From Antechinus flavipes (Eukaryota): a stretch of DNA of 64,000 nt. Below the pieces are notes generated by a model. That model was given only the letters and a program-made list of their open reading frames with translations. It made no database searches and was not told the DNA's origin. The stretch lies in contig NC_067402.1 in the NCBI RefSeq assembly GCF_016432865.1, positions 135,160,001 to 135,224,000 on the forward strand, given 5' to 3'. The first letter of the stretch is position 1. The number at the start of each line of letters is the position of its first letter. A program made the position numbers and the translations under genes. Of the stretch, positions 39,520 to 52,852 are shown piece by piece.

Positions 39520-39920
39520 TTAATAACTAGCATTTATGTAGTTATCTAAGGTTTGCAAAGCACAGTACATTTGATCCTCACAGCAATCCTGGAAATAGGT
39601 GCTATTATTATCCTTTTTTTATACATGAGGAAACTGAGGCTGAAATGTTGAATAACTTGCCCAGAGTCACTTCTGAGTGACTTCTGAGTATCTGAGGCAC
39701 AATTTGAAATCTTGTCTTTTTGTATTCAAGTCTAATACTCTATCCATGGTGCTGCCTAGAACTAGATGGAAATTCTGAGGTCGTCTAGTCTACTTTAATC
39801 TTTTTACAAATGAGGAAACTGAGGTTAAATGACCTGTCCAAAGCCACCAAGTAGTAAGTGGCCCTGTCAAAATTTGTCCCCAGTTCCTCTGAGTCCAAAT
39901 CTAACATTCCTCATGCTGTA
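39520..39920 (-). mobile_element. Two adjacent MIR-type SINEs (~39520-39770 and ~39775-39920)
   Basis: Two reverse CORE motifs atgaggaaactgagg. Confidence 0.7.
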
Positions 39921-41260
39921 TCATTATAATGATATACAGTTTTTCATGCTATAATAAACATTAACTTTATTGATAACTTCAGAAATATTTAAGCCAGAAA
40001 AGAAACTTTAAGATTCACTGACCATCTTTGAACTTAAGTTGGGGAGGTAGCCTATGCAGTTCTTTCTCTGGCTGAAGACAGCATCTTCCTTTGTAATTAA
40101 CTTAGGTATTTATAATAGTCAAAATTATTCATTCATTTAAAGTTGTTCTTAAAACAACATTACTATTATTAAGCAGCAAAGGAGTAGAGCTAGAAGAAAA
40201 AAAATGACACATTTTTTAGCTTGAGATGCACTGGAAAATATACTGGGGGAGAAATAGGAAGAAAATTATATTTTCTTTTTTATTAATATATTATTTTATG
40301 TTATAACATATAATTTGAATTATATTTATTTATAAGTATTTAATAGTAGTATAATTTTATAATATATAATTCTATCATTGTTATTCCAAATATAATACCA
40401 AATTATATTTCCAAATTATATTTAGACCTAACTCTGTCACAATCAGAATTTCACTTTATAAGAGTTTGCGAAAGCTAGTAGTTTTCTTTCTGTAGGTTTT
40501 CTTTAGCCTGGTAGAAGTGTGGACTTAGTGAGAAAGACACATTTGGAACAAGTGACTAACATAAATCTTTGAGTTAGAATCCAACATAATAGGTTTTTGA
40601 ACTCTTACCCAGTGATGAAAATAAAATGGATCTGGCTGTTTGTAGGAAAGCTGGACTGTCTGCTAGCTTGTTACCTCCTTTCTTGGTGATGTCAAGCTAA
40701 GTCTCAGATTCTATTACAATTTTAAAAAGACATTCTGTCCTTTGAATACAAAAGTGTCATTACTGACCCACATTTGGTTGGACATGTGTTTGGAATTTGT
40801 TTTCTAGTATAATGGATTTTTTTCTATTTTCTATTTTATCTGATCATGATCAACAATGTGAAATTTGTGAGATAGATGGCTGGGGTTAGAGGTGCTGTTT
40901 ACAACTGTGGAATGAAGCTAGACAAAGTGATTTGTTCCTAGAAAGAATCTCAGCCTCATTAGCACTGTGATCTAACTACAACTGTGCTAAATTAATGTTT
41001 CTATTTTTATATTATAACCAATCATCTTTCAGGAGGTTGTGTATGGTTTCTGAGCTATTATCAATCCTATACAGGGACACAGGTCTGGAGCAGATCATAA
41101 TTTGTTTCATTGTTATTTATAGGGAAAATTTGATAAAAATCAAAACCAAAAACAGTCTTAATTAGGGGAAAAAGTCATTAAAGGAGCATAAAGGGAAAGC
41201 AAATGAGAGTAGAGAGAGGTAGTCACAGCCCTGGAGCCCATTAAAATTAAAGATCCTAAA

Positions 41261-41262
<2 letters not shown>

Positions 41263-41315
<53 letters not shown>

Positions 41316-41326
41316 TGTGTGTGTGT
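41263..41326. repeat. (GT)n microsatellite
   Basis: Direct reading; source of the THTHT ORFs in the track. Confidence 0.98.
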
Positions 41327-41349
41327 TTTATTATCTCTATGACTATCTC

Positions 41350-41610
41350 TAGGAGGCACATAGATGGCACAGTAAATATAATGTCAGACCTGAAACAGAG
41401 ATTAATACTTTCCCCCACTTGAAATCTAGCCTCAAAGTATTACTTGTGTGACCATGGACAAATCACTTAACCCTGTTTATCTCAGTTTCCTCAACTGTAA
41501 AATGTGTTAGAGAAGCAAAATAGCAAGATACTCTTAAATCTTAGCCAAGAAAACTTCAAACTAGTCACAAAGAGTGGGACACAATTGAAAAACAATTGAA
41601 TGATAATCAC
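41350..41610 (+). mobile_element. MAR1 CORE-SINE
   Basis: aaatcacttaaccctgtttatctcagtttcctcaactgtaaaatg...ttagccaagaaaac. Confidence 0.75.
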
Positions 41611-41719
41611 TATCTCTACTTCAAATATCTTCCTTCAAAAGACAAAAGGCCTTAAATAAAACATAGTTGCACAAAATTAAGTCGCACATTGGCTGTATCT
41701 GAGAATCTATTTGATCCTG

Positions 41720-42600
41720 CATTTCTAGTTTATACTCACTCTTCTCCCTTTTGACATGGCCAACACTTAGATACTTAGTGAAGAGTTGAAGGTTTGTACC
41801 TATTACAATGATTGTCTAGTTGGTCTTTCTGTCTTTTTGCTTTCCACTCCAGTATACCTATCACTCAAAGAGATGATCTTCCAGAAGTGAAGGTTAGATT
41901 ACACCACAACCCTACTTGATAAATTCCAGTCTTCCTTTTTCCTCCAGGATCATATCTAATATCCTCTCTTTGGCTTTAAAGCCCTTCATAACATGACCCT
42001 TCCTATCTTTCCAGCCTTTTTTATGAGTTTATGCTCCTCCACATTCTCTACAATCTAGTCACTTCGCCTCTGGCCTCCAAGTATCTGCGCTGGTTCCATG
42101 ACTGGAATGCTCTCTCTTCACCCATTTCTTCCGGTTGTGGTTGTTCAATTCTCTCTGACTCTTCATGATCCCATTTGGAGTTTTCTTTCCAGCTCATTTT
42201 ATAGATGAGGAAACTGGAGCAAATAAGGTTAAGTGACTTGCCTAGAACCACAGAGTTAATAAATGTATAAGATTGTATTTGAATTCATGTCTTCCTAACT
42301 CCAGCTCAAGGGTTCTATCTCCATTGCCACCTAGCTGCCCCTTTCTCCCTGACTTCTTTCAAATCTCAGCAAAAATCCTACTTACTATAAGAAATCTTTC
42401 TGGGTCTCACTTAATGTTCATACCTTCCTTCTGAAATTACCTCCAATTTATTCTGTATTTATTTTGTTTGTATATAATGTTTCATATGTTTTCTTTGCCA
42501 GTAGATCATGAGCTTCTTGAGGAAAGGGATTTTTAAAAAATATGGTGGCTTTCTTTGTATCCTTCCTACTTAGCACAGTGCCAACTGATGCAGCTTGGCC
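41720..42600 (+). mobile_element. L2 3' fragment containing a minus-strand MAR1 (~42135-42340)
   Basis: L2 motifs (ttggctttaaagcccttcataac, ctggaatgctctc, cttagcacagtgcc) interrupted by a reverse MAR1. Confidence 0.7.
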
Positions 42601-42616
42601 CTTTAAAATGTTTCTT

Positions 42617-43097
42617 TTTTTTTAATTTCATAGCTTTTTTATTTACAAGTTATATGCATGGGTAATTTTACAACACTGACAATTGCCAAACCTTTTGTTC
42701 CAATTTTTTCCCCTCCATCCCCCCATCCTCTCCCCTAGATGGCAGAATGACCAATAGATGTTAAATATATTAGAGTATAAATTAGATATACAATAACTAT
42801 ACATGACCAAACCATTATTTTGCTGGACAAAAAGAATCAAACTCTGAAATATTGTACAATTAGCCTGTGAAGGAAATCCAAAATGCAGGCAGGTGAAAAT
42901 ATAGGGATTGGGAATTCAATGTAATGGTTCTTAGTCATCTCCCAGAGTTCTTTCGCTGGGTATAGCTGGTTCAATTCATTACTGCTCTGTTGGAACTGAT
43001 TTGGTTCATCTCATTGCTGAAGATGGCCAGGTCCATCAGAATTGATCATCATATAGTATTGTTGTTGAAGTATATAAGGATTTCCTGGCCCTGCTCG
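42617..43097 (-). mobile_element. Young 5'-truncated L1
   Basis: 14-bp TSD ttaaaatgtttctt at 42603-42616 and 43098-43111. Confidence 0.92.
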
Positions 43098-44274
43098 TTA
43101 AAATGTTTCTTAAATTATGTATTTTCTATGACAGAATGATCTCTGAACCCATCTTCTAACTTCATATCTTGTATTCTCTTACAGATGAGGAAATTGAGGC
43201 AAACAGGATTAAATAATCTGACCAGAGTCACACAGTTACTGAATATCTGGGGTGGGATTTGAATTCATGAAGAGGAGTCTTCCTGATTTTAAGCTCGTGC
43301 TCTATCTACTCTTACTTGTAAATATAAGTGTAGTTTCTTTTGCTAACTTAATATTTATGAAAGAAAATACCCTCCTTTGTCTATGGACAAGGACAAGAAT
43401 AAAAAATCTCCCTCCCTTCACCAAAACCCCCTCAAAAATAGTGGTCACCCATGTAACTTGTTTCAAGGGTAATTTAAAATAATCAAATAGATACAGAGCA
43501 AGCCAGAGAACACATCTTAGAAATGAAAGCTACTTTATAAATCAATGAGCTAAATTGTCCCCAGAGCCCAAACCACTCTTCAGAAGTAAGTTGGGTACTT
43601 AAAAAGAGAAGCTTGTCATAATTCATTCACCAGCTACTAAAGTTGCTTGAGAGAGAGTATGTACTAGGTTTTGCCCTGAAGTCTGACTTAATAGATTCCA
43701 ACTTTCAAAATGTTTAGAAGAAGAGTTTGAAGGTTTTCTTCATTTAAAATTTATTATATAAAAGTCTCTAAGTTCTGAGTAATGTGCTTCATAGATTATA
43801 AACCTTTTATAGTAAATCATCATGTTAGAGCTAGTATTAAGACAAACTTCAGAAGTAGGATGCCAAGTGAATGTCCCCAGCTTTTTTTTTCAGGAGTGTT
43901 CATCAGAGTGTGGAAATGGTATTAGTGGTAAAAATTGAATGATTTTTAATGTGGCAAGGGAATTTGCTATAATATTTAGGACAAAGACTTTTAGCAAAGC
44001 TTAAAAAACGAAACCTAACATATTTTGTGGGTTTCTTTTTCAATGTGGTGAGGTGCTTTGGAATAAATAATCTCAAACCTCTTCTGGACCTAAAATTCTA
44101 TAATGATTTTTTGGGATACAAATACAGATTTTAATGTGCCAGATTTTTAAAGAGTATTTAAATTGATTTGAATTAAACAAGTAGCCATTAAACAATTAGG
44201 AGGTGCTGTGCTAGGCATTGAAGATATGAAGATAAGAAAAATCACATTACACCATCCTCAAAGAGCCTGTGATT

Positions 44275-45560
44275 TTTAAAACAGTATATTTTTATTTATT
44301 TTATTAAATATTTCCCTAGTACATGTAAAATGATTTTTAATCATTTACTTTAAAAAAATTGAGTTCCAAATTCTCTCCTTCCCTTCTGTCTCTTCTCTCT
44401 ATCTTGAGAAGGCAAGTAATGTGATATCAATTATACATGTGAAGTCATGCAAAACTTATTTCCTGATTAGCCATGTTGCAAAAGAAAATACACAAAACAA
44501 AACAAAACAAAAAAAACCAAGAAAAATAAAGTTTAAAAAAATGCAATCTATGCTCAAAATTAATCAATTCTTTCTCTGGAGATGGATAGCATTTTTCAGT
44601 CAGGATCCTTTGGAATTTTCTTGGATAATTATCTTGCTCAAAGTCGTTAAGTCATTTACAATTGATCATCATGAAATATTGCTATTACTTTGTACAATGT
44701 TTTGCTAGTTCCAGAAGCTTACTCTAATTTGCATCAGTTCATATAAGTCTTCCCAGGTTTTTTAAAGCATTCTGCTCATAATTTCTGATAGTATTCTATC
44801 ACAGTCATGAACCACAACTTATCTGGTTACTCCACAGTTGATAGGTATCCTTTCAATTTCTAATCAAACAGCTTATACTCTAACAGAGGGAGTTAAAACC
44901 TTTACAAAATAGGCATTATTAATTTATACATACATGTATATTTATGCATTAACACACCTATATCCAGATGAATTTTATAATTTTTTTTAGTTCTAGTTCT
45001 TTGGTAATTTGATATGGTCAGGTTGAATCTCTAAATTAATTTAGGCAACATTGTCATTTTTATTATATCATCATGCCCCTCTTCAATATTTATTTATTTC
45101 TGTCTGCTTATTTCTGCAAAAAGTGTTTTATAATTGTTCAGTTGTTTCAGTCATGTCCCCATTTGGAGTTTTCTTGGCAAAAATACTGGAATTAACTCAT
45201 ATTCCAGATGAGGAACTGAAGAAAACAGAATTAAATGATTTGCCCAGGTTCATTCACAGCTTAGTAAGCATCTGAAGCCAGATTTGAATTCAGGATGATG
45301 AGCTTTCCTGATTCTATCCATTTCTATCCAATGTGTCACTGGATTAAAATAATTCTCTGTATATATTTCAGTAACTGAATTCCTAGATATTTCATATATA
45401 CTGTAGTTATTTTCAATGAAATTTACTTTTCTACCTCTTCCTTGCAGATTTTGTTGATACTTATGGAAAGACTGACCTTTTTGTGAGCTTATTTTATATC
45501 CTATTGTTGTTTCCATTTACATTGTTATAAAGAATGATAAAGAATGATTGCACTAGTATT
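44275..45560 (-). mobile_element. L1 fragments (3' UTR ~44275-44870, ORF2 ~44960-45560) with a MAR1 at ~45130-45340
   Basis: Reverse L1 3' and ORF2 motifs; MAR1 tail ttgttcagttgtttcagtcatgtcc. Confidence 0.65.
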
Positions 45561-47164
45561 ATTGGAATAAGGAACTCCCAGATAAAGAAAGTACTTCTCT
45601 GTAATTTAGAGTCTTAAAGAGTTGACTGGAACACTGAGAGGTCAAATGACTTGTGGAGGATCATACATGTCAGAGATGGGACTTGAGCTCATCCTCTTGG
45701 CTCCAACACCAGCTATATATTCACACCACTGGCCATACATAGCTTGCATTCAGTTCCCACACAGTTGTAGCTTCCAACATTGTCTTATAAAGGCTAGAAC
45801 TTACAGCATCCTGTGTTTGTTACCCTTTCTGAGATATTCTCCTTGCTCAAAGATTTGCAGGTGATCCCAGGAGCATACAATAGCAACCCACAACACATCT
45901 TTATCAAACCAATTTCCTACAACACTGATGCGGAGGGAAGATAAGAATTCTACATCCACATAAAATTGTTTGGCCATGAACAAGAAGAAGGAATAACTGA
46001 GGAATCCTTTTTGTTAATGAACCACAAATGAATCATGACCTACAGCAAATCACCTAATGTTTTGGGCACTTTAATTCTCTTATCTGTAAAAAGAGGGATT
46101 GGATTGGATGACCTCCAAAGTTGTTTGAACGTAGAGTTTTTGCATTTATTCTGGTTAATTTTTTTCCTTGTAAATATTTTCCTTGCCGTTAGAGTAGTTT
46201 TCACAGCAGTTGGTAATGGTTGTCCTGATCTCCTTCATATGATAACAAACTATGAGGTATGTGTTTTACCTGGAATCCAAGTTATATAATAGGAAATAAT
46301 TTTCATATAGCTTCTCTAAATAGGATCAAGCTCAGTCATATAATTTCACAGCACTTAGTTTCAATTATTCTTGTTTCATTTATATTGTTGTTATCATTGT
46401 GCATCAATGTGGTTCCTGGTTCTTTTACTTTGTTCTGATTTGATTTGTTTTCTCATTCTTTTCTGAATTCATCCCATTCATTTTTATTATAGCACAATAT
46501 TTCATTCATGTTCCACAATTTGTTAAGTTTGATGAACATCTACTTTATTTTAATTTCAAATACTACAATAAACTAAAAGTCTATATCACTCTGTCTCCTC
46601 TTCTGTGCAGACAATTTTTTTAAAGGGAAAGATTCAATTTTTTTTTTTTTTTTTTTTGCTGTCAAAACACTAAGAGTCCTAAGTTTTAAACCTAGAAGAA
46701 ATTTTAGAGATCATTTAGTCCAACCAGATTATTGTATATGTAGGAGGAAACAGAAGTCTGGTTTTGTGCTTGATAAGAATCAATGAAAATATAACTTTCA
46801 TTGGAACAATAGCACAGGTATTAGACTAATACTTATGTCAGCAATTCTATGATTAGAAAATTAAAAGAAACATTATAAAAGTAACTAAGTCATTGGGTTA
46901 CAAGAGCATAATTTTAGTTCTAATAATTATTTTTTCAGGTCCTTAATTTTTCATAATTTATTTATTTTAAAAATTCATTATTTAAACATTTTGAATGCCA
47001 AATTATCTCCTTCTTTCCAGCCCCTTCCCACACCCACTGTGGAGGCAAGCGATATGATACCAATTATACATGTGCAATTATGCAAAACAAATTTCCACAT
47101 TAGCCATGTTGCAAGAAAAATCCAATATCTGTAATACAATAATTTAAATTTTAAAATTTATTTT

Positions 47165-47430
47165 AAAGACTAGAATTTTCTATGTCACCCAAGCTGGAAA
47201 CACAGGGATTACTCACAGCTTTGTCCTGCTCTGATTAGCAAGAAAACTTTGTCTCTGTTTCTGACCTGTGCTAAATGATTCACTTGTCTTTAGGGAACCA
47301 GCTTGCTCCCTGTACTCCTTGCTTATAATGCTTCTAGAGTTAGTATAGACAACTAATTGGTTTAGTTCACTGTAGCTCAGAGACCTGATCTCAGTCTCTC
47401 TTAGCAGGGAGACACATAGATGAATGTCTA
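47165..47430 (-). pseudogene. Diverged near full-length 7SL (SRP) RNA retrocopy (P7SL-type)
   Basis: Collinear with the reverse complement of 7SL: ctatgtcacccaagctgg ~ CTATGTTGCTCAGGCTGG; gtttctgacctg ~ GTTTCCGACCTG; gagttagtatagacaactaattgg ~ GAACTTAGTGCGGACACCCGATCGG. T-rich tail at ~47143-47164. Confidence 0.8.
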
Positions 47431-48599
47431 AGTTTAAAAATATTTTTAAACAAGATAGAGAAATATCTAGGAGTATATTCAGTACTATGTTGTTTTGGGT
47501 TTGTTTATTTGTTTTTGTTTTTGTTTTTTAATTGATAAAAAGGAGGGACAGTGAATAGAGTCCCAGGCCTAGATTGAAATACCTTTGCTAAGAAAACCCC
47601 AGATGGGGTCACAGAAATCATTAAATAACAATAGTATCTAATATCTACTTTCTTTTCTAAAATCTCAGTTATCACAGATTATACATTCGTTCATATGGCG
47701 GTCTCTTACTATTCTTCTAGTTTCTTAAGGAATAGTGAAAGTAGAAATTGAATAACTTTCTGTGGAATTTGGGAGCATGACTCCTGCTTCATGGATGCTG
47801 TAGCTTTAGTTCTGATTACAAATTTTAGAAAGTACTTATTTGTGTGTGTACATAATATACATACATGTATATATCACATACATGCATGTGCATATACACG
47901 CTATTATATATCCAGATTCTGATTAGCACAAAAAATGAATCCTCAGAAGTGGTTTCATATATTAAAATTCATACTATTCTAAGGAATTATTATGTAAAAT
48001 ATGGCATTTGGTTCCAACCCAATAGAAAGAAGCAATGTAAGTTCAAATAGTGTAACTACTTGTGGGGATTCATTATTTACACTAATTGTATTTGCTTGTA
48101 TGTATGTGTATACACACACAGTATACATACATATAGATATATACACAATATATACATACACATATGCATGTACATGCAAGATTGTATACATGTGTGTATA
48201 TAAATATATGTGTGTATGCATGTGTGTATATTTATCTTTTTTTTATGAACGGGTTTCCAATTTCACTCTGCTCTCCAAAGAATAAATCCCTGTAATTATG
48301 GTTTGAACACAGTATACATATATATATATAAATTACAGTTCCTTGGATCCTTAAAAATAAAAAAAGTCAAGCCTGCAATAAGGGCTACTTTGGAAGTTCC
48401 ACCCATGCTATAATTACCTATCATTTTGTTGTATTATAATGTTGTTCATTAAAGCTATCATGTTGTAGGGGTTAAAGGGCTGGCTTTGGAGTCAGGAATT
48501 ACTGAATTAAAAAGCATCTGGTATATATTCTGTCTAATACCACAGGCTTACAAAGTTAGGAGCAATTAGTGCTTAAAATAGTTTTGTTGGACCACAGAT

Positions 48600-48850
48600 T
48601 AATAATAATAATAGCTATTAATAATCACTTACATAGTGCTTTAAGATTTACAGAGCACTTTTTATATGTATTATATCATTTTATCTTCAAAACAACGCAA
48701 AGTAGTTGGTGCTATCCCCACTTCACAGGTGAGGAAACTGAGGCAGATGGCAGGGTGGGTGATTTTTCTGAGAGTCGCACAGCTACAGAGTGTGAGGCTG
48801 GATTTGAATTCAGGTCTTCCTGGCTCTGGGTCCATCATTTTACTGTATCA
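48600..48850 (-). mobile_element. MIR SINE
   Basis: aataataatagc...acaggtgaggaaactgaggc...ggatttgaattcaggtcttcc. Confidence 0.75.
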
Positions 48851-49069
48851 CCTTGGGTGGAAAGACAAGGATGGAAATGTAGGCTAGGTCTAGGCAGTAA
48901 AGAGCATTAGATGCCAGACCAGAGGTGTATTTTATTCTCCAGTTAACTGGTTTACATCAGAGACCTAGGAAGACCTAGATTCAAGTGCTGCCCTAGACAT
49001 ATATTGACTATATCACTCTGGGCCAGTTATAAGTTCTCAGTACCATAGGCAAATTTGGAACTAACTTAG

Positions 49070-49230
49070 GGGGTGACTGAATAGTGCAATAAATGGATAG
49101 AACACCAGCCCTGGAGTGAGGAGGACCTGATTCAAATACATCCCCAGAAATACATGTACTAGCCGTATGACCCTGGGCAACTCATTTAACCCCAATTGCC
49201 TTGGCAAAATAAATAAATAAAATTAAAAAA
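49070..49230 (+). mobile_element. Older WSINE1-like SINE
   Basis: ggatagaacaccagccctggagtgaggaggacctga...accctgggcaactcatttaaccccaattgcc + tail. Confidence 0.7.
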
Positions 49231-49444
49231 CTAAACTGGAAAGCTGGTACGTTTGCATTAGAAAAGGTAATTTTCTTACCAGGAGTTCTCTATATCTTAA
49301 AAAAAACCTAGTTTTATTTAAAATTTAAGTTCTTTTATGACTTAAGGGATAGGGACTTGGCCTTGAGTCAGGAAATCAGGGGTCAAGCCCTGTCTGTTTT
49401 GGTTGATAGCCTGTGCAAGTATTTAACCTTTCATTGCCTCAGAC

Positions 49445-49690
49445 AGCTCTAAGAATGGATAGGACCCTGGATCTGGGATGAGAAAGACTTGAGTTCAAAT
49501 CCTGCTTCAATTATTTACAATGTGACCCTGGGAGAGTCAGCTAGCTTCTGTCAGTTTCAGTTTCCTCATCAATAAAATGGAAATAATACCTATTTTCTAG
49601 GGTTGTTGTAAGGATAAAATGACTTCATAATTGTAAAATGTCTTGCAGACTTAAATGTTATATAAATGCTGTTTATCATCATCATTATTT
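49445..49690 (+). mobile_element. MIR SINE
   Basis: gagttcaaatcctgc...cagtttcctcatcaataaaatgg...gggttgttgtaagg. Confidence 0.7.
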
Positions 49691-51501
49691 AAGATCTGCT
49701 TTTGTAGAAGTTTCTATATTAGGTGATTTCCTATACTCATGAAATCAGAAATGTTGATCTTTCCCTAATACTTTCTCTTCTCCAGAAGTTATTTTGTATA
49801 AAATAATTGTCACTGCTGTTCTTAATTTTATTTTATAGGATCATTCTTATTTGGGGTTTATTTGAAAGCACTCTATCCAGTAGTTTTTACTGACTTAATT
49901 TTCCTAATGAGCTAATCAGATTGGTGAAGAGCCTCCTGCTTAAGCTATCAGAAAAACTGAGACCCAGAAGTTAAGAAGCTATGGTGAAGTCACATACACA
50001 ATAATTAAAATGATGTCCAAGTCATTTCTTGGCTGACCAGATTTATGTGCCATGTCTTTTGTGAATCTCTACGCCACTCACGTTCCCTTGGCAGGTTTTT
50101 TTCTTGTTCCTCCAGACCCTAGTTATTAATGCAACTCCTCCTCTTTATTTACCCTGTTTTCCTCCTTGAGTGACCGGGCTCCCTCAAGCAGACAGCTACC
50201 TGTTCAGAATGCCCAAGTACTTAGAATTTGCTTATTGCTGCAGGAATATCACCTCAGATTTTCTGCAATGGGCATTTATGAAACCATTACATCTCTTTTA
50301 AGTGTTTTTCAAAAATATGGGTTATATGCCATCCATTTTCACAAATAAACTGAACATTCCTTGACAGTGGCAACATCCTGCATATATTTCAACAGCTTGA
50401 TCCAAATGCAAGAGTCTGTGAAATTGGATAAACTCATATAAAAATGGATGCAGAAAACTAGCCCTCCCTCAGAGAGCATCAAACATTATTATGCATTTCA
50501 AAATGCAGCCTGAGAATGCTCCCAGAAGCTCAGACAGCAAGGAAATTGTGTGATGTAAAACTTGCGATGATCTGAGGTCTATGGAGACCTCATTCCTTAA
50601 GTAAATAAAAACCAAATAGAATCCAGGGAAATAAAAAGCTAGAGTCAATTATAACAGAATTAAATTGCCAAAGGTGAGGGAAGGCAACATTCAAACATCC
50701 ATTAGCATGGTTGATCAAGCCAAAAATAACAATCTTGTTTTCATTTTGGCAAATGTATTTGAGCAAAATTTTGCAATAGTTGTAACATGTCTTTTTATGT
50801 TGAATTCAGTCTGCAAAATAGGGCTACTAACACTCATAAACCTGTTAAATTCTCTTTCCGCCTTCTTTTCTTTGTACAAGACTGTTTCTGTGTGTGTGTT
50901 ATCCACATATGTATATGTCTATATATATATGTGTGTGTATACGTATATATCTGTTCTTTTTTGCAACGAAAATATTATTTATACCAAGATCATCAATAGA
51001 AGGCCTGTATCTGTCCCTCAATCTTATCTCAAAAGGGTCAATCATTTCAATCAATTGACTATTAAGTGTCTACTATATGCATGGCACTATGATGTTAGAT
51101 ACTGGGGGAGATCTAAAGATTAGTTCCTTGACTAGATAATTATAATTTCCTTTCCTATGCCTTTGGATATGCCCAAGTCTTCCTTCTCCTTATAAATCCT
51201 TCACTAGTCCCTGCCAGTTTCTCAAGCTATTATCTTATATCTCTCCTGTCTTTCTTAGTTCAATTCCTTGACAAAACTGTCTGTAGCTCTTGTGTTCACT
51301 TCCTTTCCTCTTATTCTTTACACAACCTTTTGCAAGCTGGATTCCCATTTCATCACTCAATTGAAACTGCTCTCTCCAAAGTCACCAATGATTTAATGAC
51401 CAAATGTTATGGTCTTTGCTCATTTCTCCTCTTTCTTGACTTTTCTGCTACATTTCACTTTATTTACCACTTCTTCCTTCTGGATATTCCTTCCTTTTCT
51501 G

Positions 51502-52518
51502 TTTTCTTTTTTTTTTTTAATTAAAGCTTTTTAATTTTTAAAACATATGTATGGATAATTTTTCAACATTAGTCCTTGCAAAACTTTGTATTCTAATTTT
51601 TTCCTGCCTTTTTTTCACTGCTCTCCTAGATGGCAAATAATCCAATATATACTAAACATGGTAAAAATCTATGTTAAATCCAATATATGCATACATATTT
51701 ATACAATTATCTTTTTGCACAAGAAAAATCAAATCAAAAAGGAAAAAAAATAAGAAAGAAAATAAAATGCAAATAAACAACAAAAAGAGTGAAAATGCTA
51801 TGTTGTGATTCACACAGTTTCCATGGTTCTCTCTCTGGGTGTAGATGGCTCTCTTCATCACAAGATCATTGGAACTGGCCTGAATCATCTCATTGTTGAG
51901 AAGAGTCATATCCATTAGAACTAATCAGAGAATAATCTTACTGTTGTCGTGTACAATGATTGCCTGGTTCTGTTCACTTCACTCAGCATCAGTTCAGGTA
52001 AATCTCTTCAGGCCTTTCTGAAATCATCCTGCTGGTCGTTTCTTACAGAACAATAATTTTCCATAACTTATTCAGCCATTCTCCAATTGATGGGCATCCA
52101 CTCAGTTTCCAGTTTCTTGCCACCTCAAAAAGGGCTGCCACAAACATTTTTGCACATGTCAAATCTAGACACTTAACACTTCCTGGCTGTGTGACCCTGG
52201 GCAAGTCACTTGACCCCAGTTGCCTCGGCAAAAAGAAAAAAATAAATCTATATACTCCCTTTCCCTTCTTTAGTATCTCTTTGGGGTATAAGCCCAGTAG
52301 AAACACTGCTGGATCAAAGGGTATGCACAGTTTGATAACTTTTTGAGCATAGTTCCAAATCGCTCTCCAGAATGGATGGATCAGTTCACGATTCTACCAA
52401 CAATGTATCAGTGTCCCAGTTTTCCCACATCCCCTCCAACATTCCTTATTATCTTTTCCTGTCATCATAGCCAATCTGAGAGGTGTGTAGTGGTACCTCA
52501 GAGTTGTCTTAATTTGCA
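51502..52518 (-). mobile_element. Young ~1-kb L1 3' fragment (ORF2 C-terminus plus 3' UTR)
   Basis: Track ORF 52043..52306 contains the L1 ORF2 C-terminal peptide LLGLYPKEILKKGKG...TCAKMFVAALF.VARNWKLSGCPSIGEWLNKLW. 8-bp TSD cttttctg (51494-51501, 52519-52526). Confidence 0.9.
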
Positions 52519-52567
52519 CTTTTCTGGGTCTTTATAATTACTTTTTCTACTAACTCTGTATACTCAA

Positions 52568-52715
52568 GGGCAGCTGGGTTGCTCAGTGGATAGAGCACCA
52601 GCTCTGAAGTCAGAAAGATCTGAGTTCAAATCTAGACACTTAACACTTCCTGGCTGTGTGACCCTGGACAAGTCACTTGACCCCAATTGCCTCAGCAAAA
52701 AGGAAAAAAATAAAT
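52568..52715 (+). mobile_element. WSINE1 with a short internal deletion after the B-box
   Basis: gggcagctgggttgctcagtggatagagcacc...ttcaaatctagacacttaacacttcc...aattgcctcagcaaaaa. Confidence 0.9.
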
Positions 52716-52852
52716 TGGGGAAGGGGGTGGAGGGAGGGAGGGGAAAAATCGGAACAGAATTGAGTGTAAGGGATAATGCTGTAAAAAATTACCCTGGCAT
52801 GGATTCTGTCAATAAAAAGTTATTTAAAAAAAAAAAAAAGAAAAAAAGAAAA
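52716..52852 (+). mobile_element. Young L1 extreme 3' end with poly(A)
   Basis: ggggaagggggtggagggagggagggg...aataaaaagttattt + A-tail. Confidence 0.85.

Noticed and set aside
41158-41418. THTHT / VCVCV ORFs here and at 47865-48285, 54637-55062 and 61431-61658
   Set aside because: Translations of (CA)n/(TA)n microsatellites.
50573-50592. 8-bp hairpin tgaggtct-atgg-agacctca (also a 10-bp inverted repeat near 9216-9262)
   Set aside because: Stems this short are expected several times by chance in 64 kb.
50665-51123. Longest ORF in the track (152 aa)
   Set aside because: Runs through (TA/TG)n low-complexity sequence and an L2 end; no known motif.
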